From contig NC_068996.1 of the NCBI RefSeq assembly GCF_001194135.2, positions 51,724,929 to 51,788,928 of the forward strand: DNA of 64,000 bases, given 5' to 3'. Below are positions 1-12,520 of this stretch, piece by piece (position 1 is the first letter of the stretch; each line of letters starts with the position of its first letter). The notes beneath the pieces were generated by a model that saw only the letters and a list, made by a program, of their open reading frames with translations, did not search any database and was not told where the DNA came from. Source of the DNA: Octopus bimaculoides (lineage: Eukaryota). A program made the position numbers and the translations under genes.

Positions 1-150
1 AATACGTAATTCAGTCTCCATGGCCGTATTTGTTCTTTAGTCGGGGTTCACCAGTTATAAGTTGGTAGTCCAGAGTCCATGCTGCGTTTGTTTCTTCGCC
101 GAATCACTTTATAAGAAAGTGGGTTATAGCAGCTCAGCGGGCTGCGTGAT

Positions 151-172
151 CGAATCACGTCGGGGGTCACCA
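151..172 (-). promoter_or_regulatory. Primer binding site complementary to the tRNA-Trp 3' end
   Basis: Minus strand TGGTGACCCCCGACGTGATTCG versus the canonical tRNA-Trp PBS TGGTGACCCCGACGTGAT (one extra C). Confidence 0.85.
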
Positions 173-173
173 G

Positions 174-579
174 TATAGGAAAGTTGGTTATACATCATTA
201 GATGTATACCTGACTTTCCTATATAAAATTAAAGATATGACGGAACGCTGAACTCCAGACTATCAACTTATACAACATTTATTCAGGTGGTAAATATATA
301 CATCTTTAGCTCTTGTTGTTACAGCTTCTGAATGTGTGAGCATAGTTATGGGGACGTTGTTATGTAGGTGTAAGCGAACTGTCGAGTGTAAGTCCGAAAG
401 ATGGAGAGTGACAGCTATACACGTAAAGAGACTGTCTCCAGAGTTGGGTGTTGGAGACACTTCTTGACACGTCCATGCTCTATTGCTGGCCAGCAAGAAA
501 GAGAATGAATTGAGCGGGAACGCTTGCTTGTTTAATTCCACGCATGCGTGAGACTACGCATGCGCACGGCGTTACTACA
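174..579 (-). mobile_element. 5' LTR of a Ty3/Gypsy-type retrotransposon (internal region runs off the window start)
   Basis: Minus strand starts TGTAGTAAC (579), contains AATAAA and ends ...CCTATA (a decayed CTACA) one base before a PBS. About 405 bp. Confidence 0.75.
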
Positions 580-580
580 G

Positions 581-1100
581 GTTCAAAATGAGAACTGTGG
601 AGCAGTGAGTCACCATGCACTTTGGTAGGAAAAACCTAGCCTTCACATACTCCCTCAACAACACCAATCTCAAGAAGTCTTCTAAGTGAACGTGATCTAA
701 GTATTATTGTAAACAGTGATCTGCATTGGACAAACTCCATCTCTAAGATTGTCAAGAAGGCTGGGGGTGGGGGCTATCCTAGCATCACTCAGTAAGACCT
801 TTGTCAGCTGCTCTCCAGCTTTCTAGTTAAAACTATATATGACAATGGTACGTTCACACGTAAACACCCACAAGATTATCCACTATCTTTTCAACAACAA
901 CGTTGGGCACCTTTTTGAATTCCAGATGAAACACTCGTGGACATGCTTACAAAATCAAAAAACAACACAGCACCCAGGACTTTCGGGAAACATTTTTTTC
1001 ACGCTCAGAATTGCTGAAGCATGGAATTAACTACTCGTATCAGTTGTTAGCTGTCAAGACACTACATGCTTCAAAACTTCCATGTTTTCTGAAATCCGCT
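581..1100 (+). mobile_element. CR1/L2-type LINE 3' remnant
   Basis: Degenerate translation: MHFGRKN..YSLNN...ERDL.IIVNSDLHW, LYMTMVRSH, FFTLRIAEAWN. These match CR1-type RT C-terminal motifs. Confidence 0.7.
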
Positions 1101-1164
1101 AACAGTAGTACACCTAATGGGTTTTTTAAAATTTAATTTAATTAATTTTTTTTTAGTTGTAGTG

Positions 1165-2290
1165 CACCCGAACACTATACAACAATTTCTTTCATATATA
1201 TTTAACATTAGACTGCTCACCGAAAAGCAACTTCGACACTAATCTGACTTGTATTACAATTTCATCGACTTCAAAAAGGCCTTTGACCGTGTTTGGCACG
1301 ATGGGTTGTGGTAGGTGAAGAATTAGAACTTCGACAACAACCTTATCGAAGTAATCCAAGCACTGTATGAAAACCCAAGCAGTGCAGTTCTCCTGAACAA
1401 CGACTTCAGTATAACAGTGGGTGTTCGACAAGAATCTCCTCTCTCCAGTGCTTTTCAACATCTTCTTGAAGAACATCATGCAGGAGACACTTGAAAACCT
1501 CCACTCCTCTGTTTCCATACGAGGACAGTCCATTTCCAACCTGCATTTTTCTGATGATATTGACTGGAAAAGCATCAGGAACATACAATATGGAGACCAG
1601 CCCAGAAAAGAGGAAGATCTTAGTTAATAAAAAAAAAACACAGCAACCAGCATCATGCTAAACGGAGAGAGACTTGATGAAGAGGACGCCTTCAAGTATT
1701 TAGGATACACTTTGACTAAGGACGGCAGATCTCAAAAGGAGATATCAAAAAGATTCAGTTCACCCTCTACTACCATGACGAAGCTGAACACCATATGGGA
1801 AAGCAATTCCATTATTTTCCAATGAGATTTAGAGTTTGCGTGTTCTTAGCGTTCTTTCTGTGTGGGTGAGAGCTGAACTTTTGCAGCTGACATGGAGTGA
1901 AGAATCTAGGCATTTGAACGCATATGCTTCATAGGACTATTACACATCTCGTACATACAGCACAAATCGAATAGACTTGTTAAGCAGTAAATCAACAAAT
2001 ACAATGGCTGACAGGAGCCACTCCTTGCGCAGGTAAAAAGGAGAAAGCTTGCCTGGTATGGTCATGTATTCCACTACGACACCCTGCCCAAGACCATTCT
2101 TCAGGGCACAGTTGAGAGAAAGTGAAAGAGAGGCAGACAGGAAAAAAAGCCTGGTTTAACAACATCAAGGGCCAGACAAGTCACAACACATGTCAGAGAA
2201 CAGAGGTCAGTGGCAAAGGCTGACTACGAAAGCGTTTAAAGTGGTATCCCAGGGACTGGCTGCAGCATTTACGAGATCTTGATGATGATG
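1165..2290 (+). mobile_element. RTE-clade LINE, 5'-truncated and decayed
   Basis: FIDFKKAFDRVWH, GVRQ..LSPVLFNIFL, FSDD (YADD equivalent); ends in a (GAT)n tail. Confidence 0.85.
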
Positions 2291-3928
2291 CAAAAGTAAG
2301 AAAAAGTTTGGTAAACACAACTTTACAGTATTAGTTCGCTACGTACGTTTTACCACTGTGGTGTTTTTGAATCCCGGCATTGGATGTTCTAAGTTCATTT
2401 GGAGGGTTAACCCCAACCAATCACCATGCGAATACTGTATTTCACTATGTTACAGAGATAAAATGTATAGTAGTAACCTAAGCACTATACCAGATGAGGA
2501 CGATTTCTGTAGAGCTCTAAACTAAACTCAATAGTAGCAGTCGTTCATTTAACTTTATCTGTATACTAGCTTAAAAGCCGAACCCCGTGCGGACTTTTAA
2601 GCTAGCTCCTATGGAGGGCTAATTGGGCCTGCCGTCCCAAACTAAAGACAGTTAAATAGCATGACTATAATATGTCTATAATGAATATATGTCCCAGTGG
2701 TGTTTGGTCAGAGGTTAAGGACAGATGAGAATTAATTCTGTAATGCAATCATTCTATTGTTTCAGTCCCAAGTTGAATTCCAGTTGTGGGCCAATTTGTC
2801 TTATCTTGATGTAAAATTAACGAAGCGAATGTCATTTATCTTCCCTTGATCTCTGACGTCATCTGACAAACGCCAGCCTAGATGGCGTGAATCAGCCAAG
2901 CTTTACCTGCTAGAAACAGCAACCCAAATGCTTTTTAATCAGATCCCAATGCTGCATGTTCAAGAACCAAATGAAGGGCAGATTTTCAATTGCAGGATCA
3001 TCCTGATTCCAAAAAGGTATAATATGTCTATGTAGAGCAAATGTAGGCTGAGATACAGGGGTCCCAAACGGACAGACAAAATTTTGCTTTTATCATTATA
3101 GATATCTGTACATATATTTGTAAGTGCAGCTATATTTATATTATATACTAGTATGTTTATGTACGTTTCCGTATCTTCGTGCATGTGTGTGTGTGTGTGT
3201 ATATACATAAATATTTATGTTTATGTGTGAGTATTTGTATTATGCGTGTAAGAGGTATCTATGTATATGTGTACGTGTGTAAAAGAAATTTTACAGCCTG
3301 AATATAGAAACACGTATATATTTGTGTTATTATACTCATACGTATTAGAGTGTAATAGAGCATATGTAGTTCTAATTAAATGCTATATAAACATGTTTGT
3401 ATGTATGTCTCTTCGTATACCAGTGTAATGGAGTGTGTGTGTGTTGTGCGCGCGCGTATGAGAGGATTCAATGAAGTAGTTTTTTAGTGTCTCTGGCGTT
3501 GGTATTTCTTTATATGGTGATCTTTTTTAAAGTAATAGGAAGAAATTTTGCTGGTTATTTTTGGCTCGAGTAAACCTTCCAGAATATATCGGGGACTTCA
3601 TTCTCTATATCTTTCTGAAGGCAGTAGAATATGATTTGTGTGAATTCAACGCCGTTTGTATTGGCACCCCCTCTTTCTTTTTTATTGTTTAGTCCAGGTT
3701 AGCTGTGATCAAACCTAAGATAAAATATATTTAATAGGTGACTACTCTGCTTTTATTTTGTATCAGAGTCTACATTGTGCAAAGTATCCTGTTTTTAACA
3801 ATAGGGTGCAATATGAGGGACATTTGACTGTTATTGCTTGTATTTCAAATGACTGCTCAATTCCTTCGAGACGATAAGGCACACACAATCATTCACACAA
3901 TTGTGTGTTAAACTTCTTTTTCGTGTAC

Positions 3929-3965
<37 letters not shown>

Positions 3966-4394
3966 TTTCCTGACCCTGTCTTTTTTTAGCCAATGTTTAC
4001 TCACTCTTCTTACGATTTCATTCAAGTGTCCACTCATTACTCCTTTCCATGCAGTGTTTTGCTTTTTCATATTTTTTCTCTTCCTTTTCCCTAAGATCGA
4101 ACGTTAAATTTCTCTTCTGAGACAATGCCTTCTGTCGTCTCCATGAGGTCCAAGGTTCGCTTCGAAACTCAGGGGTTCACATCTCGAATAAATCGTTTTC
4201 TCTTTACTTTCGGAAGTTTCCTTCTCCCCGGACTTTCGTTCAGTTTGTAACCTATACGCACGCTCAACTCTATCTGCGAATTTTATCGAACAGATCAGAC
4301 TAATATTCGTTTCGATAATAGATCTCCAGCTTCCCCACTCGTCGCAAATCCTCCTTTCATTCATCCTATATTAGTTTTATTATTAATACTTTTG

Positions 4395-6960
4395 TAGACA
4401 GTTCAAACTCTTCTGTGTGAACAATAGTAACAGCAGAGATGGATAGATGAAGTAACAGAAGCTGTTAGGGTGTGCGATAGGATAATTAAGTTGAGACTAA
4501 TTATAAGCAACACAATAGCAACATTTATTTCGGCATATGCCCCACAGGCAGGACTGCCAGATGAACAGAAGGTCCGCTTCTATGAGATTCTTCTGCAGAT
4601 TGTCTCAACGACGGCCGACAGCGGCTTCATTACCAAAGCTGGTAACTTCAGCAGACATGTTGATCAACACATCGTTGGCTTCCGTGATATACGAGGAGGT
4701 TAAGGTTACGGCTCGAGAAATGGAGTAGGGTATAAGGTCTTTGGAGTTTTGTGCTGCAACTGATCAAATAATTTGTTATAGACACTTTAAGAAACCAGTC
4801 AACCGCACTTTAAGAATCTCGCCAATCTGACAAATGCACAAATCAGATAGATTACATTCTCAGCTGGAAACAAGATTGAGGGGCTATTGTAAATACCAAA
4901 ACTTTTCCTTGCGAAGAATGCATTACGTAGCATAGATTAGTGGTTAGTGATTTCAGGGTCAGAGTTAGTCAGGTACAGAAAAGTAAGCGGGTATGAAGAA
5001 GGAAGGCATGGACACTAAAAGAACTTTGAATAGGAGATACAGAGAAATTCTGACACATACGATTGTATGGAGGCGAGTTTAGATGCTTGTAACGTAGACA
5101 ACAGGGAATGTCTACGAAATAACATGCTTAGAGCTACAGATATAACATGCAGCTGGAGTAAACTCTGAGCTACGCCAAAAACACGAGTAACAAGGTGATG
5201 GAATGATATGGGTCATAGGGCAGTTAAAGCTAAGAGACAGGCTTGGAAAGTGGTAGTAGGGAGTATTACCTAATGACTAGAAGGGCATCTTGGTTAAAGG
5301 AGAAGCAGAAAAGAAGATATTCTTATGTCCTGCAGCTTGAAGATCAGAGGCGTGAAGTGTCCAAGATTGCGAGTTTATGAGTGAGAGAGAATTGACATGG
5401 TAGTGAAAAGTGTTTTTGGAATGATGAAAACAAACTCGCCATCGATATGGAATAAATGAAACTGGCGTGGAAATGCTATTCTGATAAGGATTACCCCACG
5501 CTAACACAGTAAAGGGGTCAGCGACTCAAGTTGACAGCAGTGTGGTAGGTACGTAATCAATGATATGGAAAAAGGGAAAGTCACATTTCCATCAGGGGTA
5601 GTTACTGAGATGTTAAAAATATTTGGATGGTTAATCAAGTCATTCAGGAGGATGTCATATCACTAGATTAGGTTATGATGGTTACGGAGAAAGTCAGCAC
5701 AATTGATTCTTGATAGAGTAGACGTGGATGGGATGCAGTTTAGCTTTGTTCCTAGAAGAGGCACCACAAATACAATCTTCCTAATGTGGCAACTGCAAAA
5801 GAAATACTCAACGAAGAATAAACCGCTATTCTTGGCTTTCGTTGATTTGGAGAAAGCATTTGACAGGGCACCATGTTCAGTAATTTGGTGATTACTGAGC
5901 AAACTAGATGTAGATGCAAATTTGTGAGGGCGGTAAAAGCTATGTACAAGGATGTAAGTAAGTAAAGTGAGATCCGGCAATGATTTCAGTAATGAATTTA
6001 GTGTGAAGCTCAGCTCTCTCCTATTCATTAAGGATATGGCTGTTTAATTCCTATATGCTGGTTACCTAGTTCTCATAGGGGAATTAGAGAGGAAATATTA
6101 GGCATGGAAACTAAACCTAGAATTGAGACGTCTTAAGGTAAGTCTTTGCTAAGATTACCTTAAGACCGCTCCTACTTACTTAAGTAGGACCCTGACAGCT
6201 TCAGGCATTAGGGAAATTGCCTTGCTCGACATACAAAAGACTAGTTACAAACTCCATACGCTGTAGTCGATGTAAACTATGGATATACAAGAAATGTAGC
6301 GGAACCACGGGCAAACTATCTGAGAATATAAGCTTCTTATACGATAGATGCACTGGAGGAGTAAGTAAGAGCACACCAGCACCGAAAATAGTTTCTCTCA
6401 AATGCTTGGATAGCTCACTAGCTTTTGTTATCTGGGAGAAGTGATTAGAAAAGGATGTAGTTGCTCTGGAAGCATAGTAGCCAGTGTCAGAACAGGTTGG
6501 AAAAAGTTTAGAAAGTTACTACCGCTGCTGACAACATAGATCTTTTCCCTCATAGTAAAAGGATTGTATGTTGCTAGTGTTAGAACTACAATGCTGCGTG
6601 GTAGTGAATGAAAAGGACTTGAGCAGACTGGAAAGAAATGAAACGAGCAGTGCAGCATAAGTCTGCATGAAAAACGTAGTACAAAAGTTCTGAGAGAAAT
6701 ATTGGACATAGAAATAGGCAGATGTAGTGTGTACGAGAGAAAATTCTGCTGGTATTTACATGCGATGCGTTTGTATTAGGACAGTTGTATAAAGAAGTGA
6801 TGATCATAAAAGTGGATGGCAATAGCGAAAGAGGATAACCGAGAAAGACACAAGACGAGGTGGCGAAGACTGATCTCGGGACCTTGAAGCTCATAGAGAG
6901 GATGACAAAGGACCAAGATGGCCGGTGATATGCGGTTCTCGAGAAGACCTGGCCACGTTA
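4395..6960 (+). mobile_element. RTE-BovB-like LINE, near full-length ORF2 remnant (APE endonuclease, RT, PHD-like finger)
   Basis: DRIIKLRL...ISAYAPQAGL (APE), QFSFVPRRGTTNTIF...FVDLEKAFDR (RT), Cys-rich CSRCKLWIYKKCSG, with many frameshifts and stops. Confidence 0.88.
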
Positions 6961-7798
6961 GCAAAACTGTTCCAGTAGAGTTGTGCGCGCGCATGCGGTA
7001 TTGAGCACTCATTGTTCGACATTTACATATCAATGCTTCCGACGTCCCCACACACCAGATAAGCATTTAACATGAACAGAGAATGAAAACATTGTGAATT
7101 CCTGAGATTTTTCGTGTATTTATCCAAAACGGAGACGAACACCATTCCTTCATTGAAAAATTTAGCTATTTTTCTTAACATGAAAGCAACACGAAGAAAG
7201 AAATTTTATCCACCAATCCGCTGTTGAGCACTCATTCTCACTGTTCGGCATTTATGTGTGTGTATACACATGGATATATAATATATGTGTGCGTGCGCAC
7301 AATTGGTCCTTCTGAAGACACACGTCACCTACCTAACAGCAGTTCTTCATAGATACCACTTTCTTTACAACTCAGAACCACTTCAGTTGTTATCCATCTT
7401 TCATTAATTACTCTGACCCCTACCCATACTTTCATTTATCCCTCATCTACCCTTACTATGCCACTAAATTCTCTCCTCCTCCCTCTTACTCTTCCTCATA
7501 CACTCTCGCAACCTTATCTACCAGTATGTCAGCTATCTTTCGACCTCGTTTACGGAGTTATTTCTATTCTGCTATTCCACACTACCATCTAACTCCTACC
7601 ACTCTCACACTCATTCCTATCCACCTTGTACCTTGAGAGTCCACTCTGTTACCTCATCAAGCAACGATGAAAATGTCTGCATTCTTTTGTGGTGTATAAA
7701 AACACGTGAAATATATATAAACCTAACAAAACCCACACAACCTAGGATAAGTTTATTTTTAACTACCAAATTTTAACGAAAAAAAAAAAAAAAGCTGC

Positions 7799-8200
7799 AG
7801 CAGACGTGGGTGTGTGGTAAGAAGCTTGCTTCCCAACCACATGGTTCCGGGTTCAGTCTCATTGCATGACACCTTGGGCAGGTGTCTTCTATTATAACCG
7901 CGCGCTGATCAAAGCACTGTGAGTGGATTTGATAGACGGAAACTGAAAGAAGTCCGTCGTATATATATATGTGTATGTGTGTGTGCGTGTCTGTTTTTGT
8001 CCTCTCCGTCGCTTGACAACCGATGCTGGTGTGTTTATGTCCCCGTAATCTAGCGGTTCGGCAAAAGAGACCGATAGAATAAGTACTAGGCTTACAAAGA
8101 ATAAGTCATGGGATTGATTTCTTCGACTAAAAAACCCTTTAAGTCAGTGCTCCAGTACGGCCGCAGTCAAATGACTGAAACAAGTAAAAGAATAAAAGAA
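7799..8200 (+). mobile_element. tRNA-derived SINE (octopus OK-like family)
   Basis: A/B-box-like head (gtgtgtggtaagaag...ggttccgggttcagtc), internal TA/TG tract, AT-rich tail. Homologous copies at 11000-11392(-), 31000-31330(+), 33580(+), 55545-55700(-), 58270-58545(-). Confidence 0.75.
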
Positions 8201-8204
8201 AAAC

Positions 8205-8650
8205 CCGTGGTGCGATCAGTAGGAAGAGACTGAAAGAATGACTGGCACACTGTGGTCCTTCGAGAAGAGTCCTGACCAAAAACAAGCCAAGACAAAACAA
8301 CACTTTATGTACGTTGCCCAACTGCCAGATCAAAAATGGAAATATATGTCTGCAGTCATTCATGTACAAAATCACGAGGAGCAAATGTAATGAATGTCAC
8401 ACCAGAAGTACTATCAGACAAGTTCATATACGAGCTAAAGAATGCGATACTAATGTTTCTTACGTCAGAAACACTCAAGGAAATGCCACACTCAAGACAT
8501 TTAGGTTTCCATTGAAGCCATAGAAACACGGGGAACTTGAAAGCAAAGAAGCTCTTTTCATTAACAGGTACAGCAACAGACGCAAACTACAGATTGGCGA
8601 CTGTAGCAAAACAACCCTTTATACACAACCTTGAATTATTGAAATACCAG
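8205..8650 (+). mobile_element. Penelope-like element, GIY-YIG endonuclease remnant
   Basis: ORF 8314-8523 YKITRSKCNECHTRSTIRQVHIRAKEC resembles the PLE GIY-YIG pattern YKITC..C...YIGST.R.L..R..EH. Downstream ELESKEALFI resembles the E-x-L-x-I motif. Confidence 0.65.
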
Positions 8651-10577
8651 GTAAAAGTACTAACCATCGATCTGTATTTTTTTATTTTTAGGATTTGCAT
8701 TGTTTTGGCTTTATAAAAAAAATAGTTAAAAAAAACGTACGCACACATATATCTCTATGAAAATAAAATTTGTAATACTGCCTTTGAAATTCAAATTTCA
8801 CATCTGCTGTAAGCCATGGTAGTGCTAACCCCTACACCAAAGCAGTCACAATCCTTAAATCGCCTGAATTAGCAATAGAAGTAAGTATCCACAATGACTT
8901 GTCAATGGAGATCTCAGCCCTGACTATTCAAGTTTTCCGGTGATCTGATGAGCTAGCTCTCCTTATTTTAATTAATTTGTGAATAATGTATAATGTTGAA
9001 CATACATACTACTGCAAACATGTATCCATAATTTCTTACATACTGAAATTAGTATTTCATGAAGAAGGTTACAAAACGGCTGTAATCCAATGGAAGTCAT
9101 GTGGTTAAATAAATAAATATTCACCTTTTGTACCTCCTGACTTTATGGTTTTATATACACCTCATGAAATAATTTCATTGACTGGATCTTATGTGCAAGG
9201 TATAGCATTATATATTTAATAAGATAGATAGACAGATAAGTAAAGAGAACTCATTGGAACTGACATTCAATAAAAGGAACAGCTTATAGCATTTAGATAC
9301 AAAATTGAACAGAAAAACTAAAAAAATGAATAAAATATTCAGTTTTGTCGCATATATGAACAATAAATTTATATGTAATTTACTATGCACATGCTTGACG
9401 AGAGGTTAACAAAATAGTGCAAATTTATTTGTGCACATGCGTTATCCATCCAGTTTCAGTCAATTTCTGCACATATGCTATAGGTATCAGTGCCAGAGAT
9501 TTATTTTTCAAACAATCTAATGCTACACAAACATATTATAAAAGTAAAAAGGTATCTGTCGGTTTTGATATTCAGTTTTTCAATCAACTGAACCGCCGTT
9601 TTGATTTACTATAAGTGATCTTATTATTCCAGACGTGTATCCTTAACATAATCTTCAAACAGAAACAATGTGTCACAAGGAAGCTAGACTTCTGAATTGT
9701 AGGCTGGATCCATCAAACAAGCTTCCTCTGTTCTCATCTAGCCAAGTGTACTCACAAGGCTACAACAGAAGACATTTCATGCAGTGGAACAGAACTTTGG
9801 CCATGTAGTATTCACATGTACATACACATTTAAGAATTTTTATTATTGTAGTTCCATACTATTATTACAAAATTGCATAATATATTGTAAGTGTAATAAT
9901 TGTATCAACATTTCATCTTCCTCTATGATCACAATATGTTGATAGAATTATACCTTTCAGGTTTTTTAAGATGTAATTTACTGTTAAAAACATATGAAGT
10001 AGTTTCTTGAGAAACTATTGTATCTCCCAAATAAGTAAACTACTTGGTAGAAAGAAACAGAGTATCATTATTTGATAATGCACTGCAAAGTGATGATAAT
10101 CTGTTGTTCTGAGTTCAATCCTTCTGACAGGAATGGTTGTCTGTAAAACTGCTATCTTTCCAATTAGAAATTTCCATCTCATTCTCTTATAGAAAGCCAA
10201 TCAACAGTAGACTTCCTCGAATAGAAAACATAAGACAGATTGAGTATGTTCAGATGATAGGATTATGGGAAATAATCTCAAATGTAATTCTAAAGTTGAC
10301 ATTTAGTGTTAAGTCCTTGTAAAATGTTGATGCTAAACTGCATCAACTTGATGGTTACGAAAAAAGATCAGAGAGGCTATTGCAGAAAGAAGGAAATAAA
10401 ATTTGATTATGTTAGGAATATTTCTTTCTAGAATTTTATTAGATGATCAACATAGTATATGAAAAGTAGACTGATGAAGGCTTTGTGGGACTCAAGAAAT
10501 GTAGAAAAGTTACCTGTGAAATTGTTAGTGTACAAGTATACATATAGTCAGTTATGACATTTATATAAAATCAATAA

Positions 10578-10890
10578 TCTCCTAATATAATAATGCATAG
10601 TGTTTTTATATATTTGTCCAGAATCACACCGGATGTGGAGGAGGAGGAGAAAATAGTAACTCAGTGAAGAAGTAGTGAGAGTAATATCCCTGACTGAGAG
10701 GGAGCGAGAGAAACAAAGGGGTGATAGATGAATAAGGAAGGGGTGATAAAAAAAAAAAAAAATCAGCGTTTCAACTTTGTGTGACTATATGTGTTTGTGC
10801 ACAAAGGAAGTATGTGTGATTATCATGCACCTTATTTATTTATAAAATACTACAATTAACTGTCATTATTGACGACACGTGGTCAGCTAG
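10578..10890 (+). mobile_element. Non-autonomous Helitron
   Basis: A|TCTCCTAATATAATAA 5' end and TGAC-GACACGTG-GTCA hairpin then CTAG|T 3' end, inserted between A and T. Homologous to 61851-62152. Confidence 0.7.
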
Positions 10891-10999
10891 TTGATACAAT
10901 AATTCATTAACTATGGTTTTCTGTAATGTCTTCAGTTTTTTTTATTCCTATTCAAGTAATTTTTCACTTACTTCCAGGTTGCAACCAGTCATAATACTC

Positions 11000-11392
11000 T
11001 TTTTTTTTTTTTTACTATTTTACTTATTTCAGTCATTTGACTGCGGTCATGCTGGAGCATCACCTTTAGTCAAGTAAATTGACCCCAGGACTTATTCTTT
11101 GTAAGCCTAGTACTTATTCTATCGGTCTCTTTTGCCAAACCGCTAAGGTACGGGAACGTAAACACACCAACATCGGTTGTCAAGTGATGTTGGGGGGACA
11201 AACACAGACACACAAACATATATACGATGGGCTTCTTCTTTCAGTTTCCGTCTACCAAATCCACTCACAAGGCTTTGGTCAGCCCGAGGCTATAGTAGAA
11301 GACACTTGCCCAAGGTGCCACACAGTGGGACTGAACCCAGAACCATGTGGTTGGTAAGCAAGCTACTTACCACACAGCCACTCCTGCGCCTA
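11000..11392 (-). mobile_element. tRNA-derived SINE (OK-like), inverted relative to 7799-8200
   Basis: Reverse-complement similarity to the 7799-8200 copy over head and tail. Confidence 0.8.
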
Positions 11393-12148
11393 TGTATATG
11401 TATATATATATATATATCTATAGATGTAAAGGAAATATGTTTGGATCATCAATTCTTCTGGCTTGTTAGCTCAACTGAATACATAGAAACCAACCACTGT
11501 TGTTTAATTACGATGCTAATACAGGTTAAGAACTATTCCTTTCTATAAGCATCAATGACTGAAGCCAGAATAATATGGTGAATCTAGAGTATGTTTCCCT
11601 TGCTTTAATAGTTATATACATGCTATAATAGATAGAGTTGTAAGCTGGAGTCAAGCGAAAATGGCTTGAACAGAAATAAAGTTTCTTCTATATATTTAAA
11701 TTACAGAGAAGTCATCTCAAAATGTGACATGAAACAATTTAATGTATTCAACACACTAATCAACTCTCTAATTATTGGTTTAAGGAAGAAAACAAGACTC
11801 TAAGTACATTCATTATCTTTCTCTATTCTTAAAATTAAATCTGTAGCTGACTTTGCATTTAAAAGGAAAGAAAGCTCTGTGTGCAAACTAATATCTACTT
11901 AATTCAAATAAACTACAGAGGAAGTCCATAAACTGAAATACATATGTGTAGTTACAATTCATTATAATTATGGAATAACCATTTCACAATTAAATATGAA
12001 GCATTTTTACTATGATGCAACTATGTAAAAAATAAATTTCATGAACTTTATTATTCAGGACTCATTAATTTCTGTTTTTTGTTAGAATAAATTAAAAAGA
12101 ATAGAATAGGGAAGACAAGAATTGTTTTGCTATAGTGATCATTTAATC

Positions 12149-12520
12149 CAGTAGTTCCCAACCATTAAAAAAAATTTATCTATGGACCCCCACCCCCCTT
12201 TAGTTACCATTTTATTTCAGTGGACCCCCCCGCCTCCAGCCATTCGATGTTTAAAAATTAGTTTTATAGATACTTCTTTCAAAATACCATTTCTGTTTTT
12301 CACACATTCACTTGTGTAGGTTTGCAACAGCACTCTCTGAGAGAAAATGCTTCAGAGGCCAGAAACATGTAAAAAGAAATTTAGCTCTTTCTTATAATAA
12401 ATACATTTAAACCAAAATCTTCAATGGATCCTTTAAATACTATTGTAGTTCTCCAATTTACTATTCCGATTGCATGACTCCCCAAAAATCTTATATGGGC
12501 CCCCCAGCTGAGAACCACTG
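12149..12520. mobile_element. hAT-type MITE
   Basis: TIRs CAGTAGTTCCCAAC / GCTGAGAACCACTG; 8-bp flanks ATTTAATC / ATTCAATA (6/8 match, a decayed TSD). Confidence 0.65.

Noticed and set aside
2484-2545. Possible hammerhead ribozyme (cagatgag...taaac)
   Set aside because: Both core boxes are mutated (CAGATGA, TAAAC) and no convincing stem II can be drawn. Other CTGATGA hits (for example near 8946) lack a downstream GAAA.
9044-9175. Degenerate inverted repeat
   Set aside because: Short AT-rich arms with large bulges; compatible with chance or a very old MITE.
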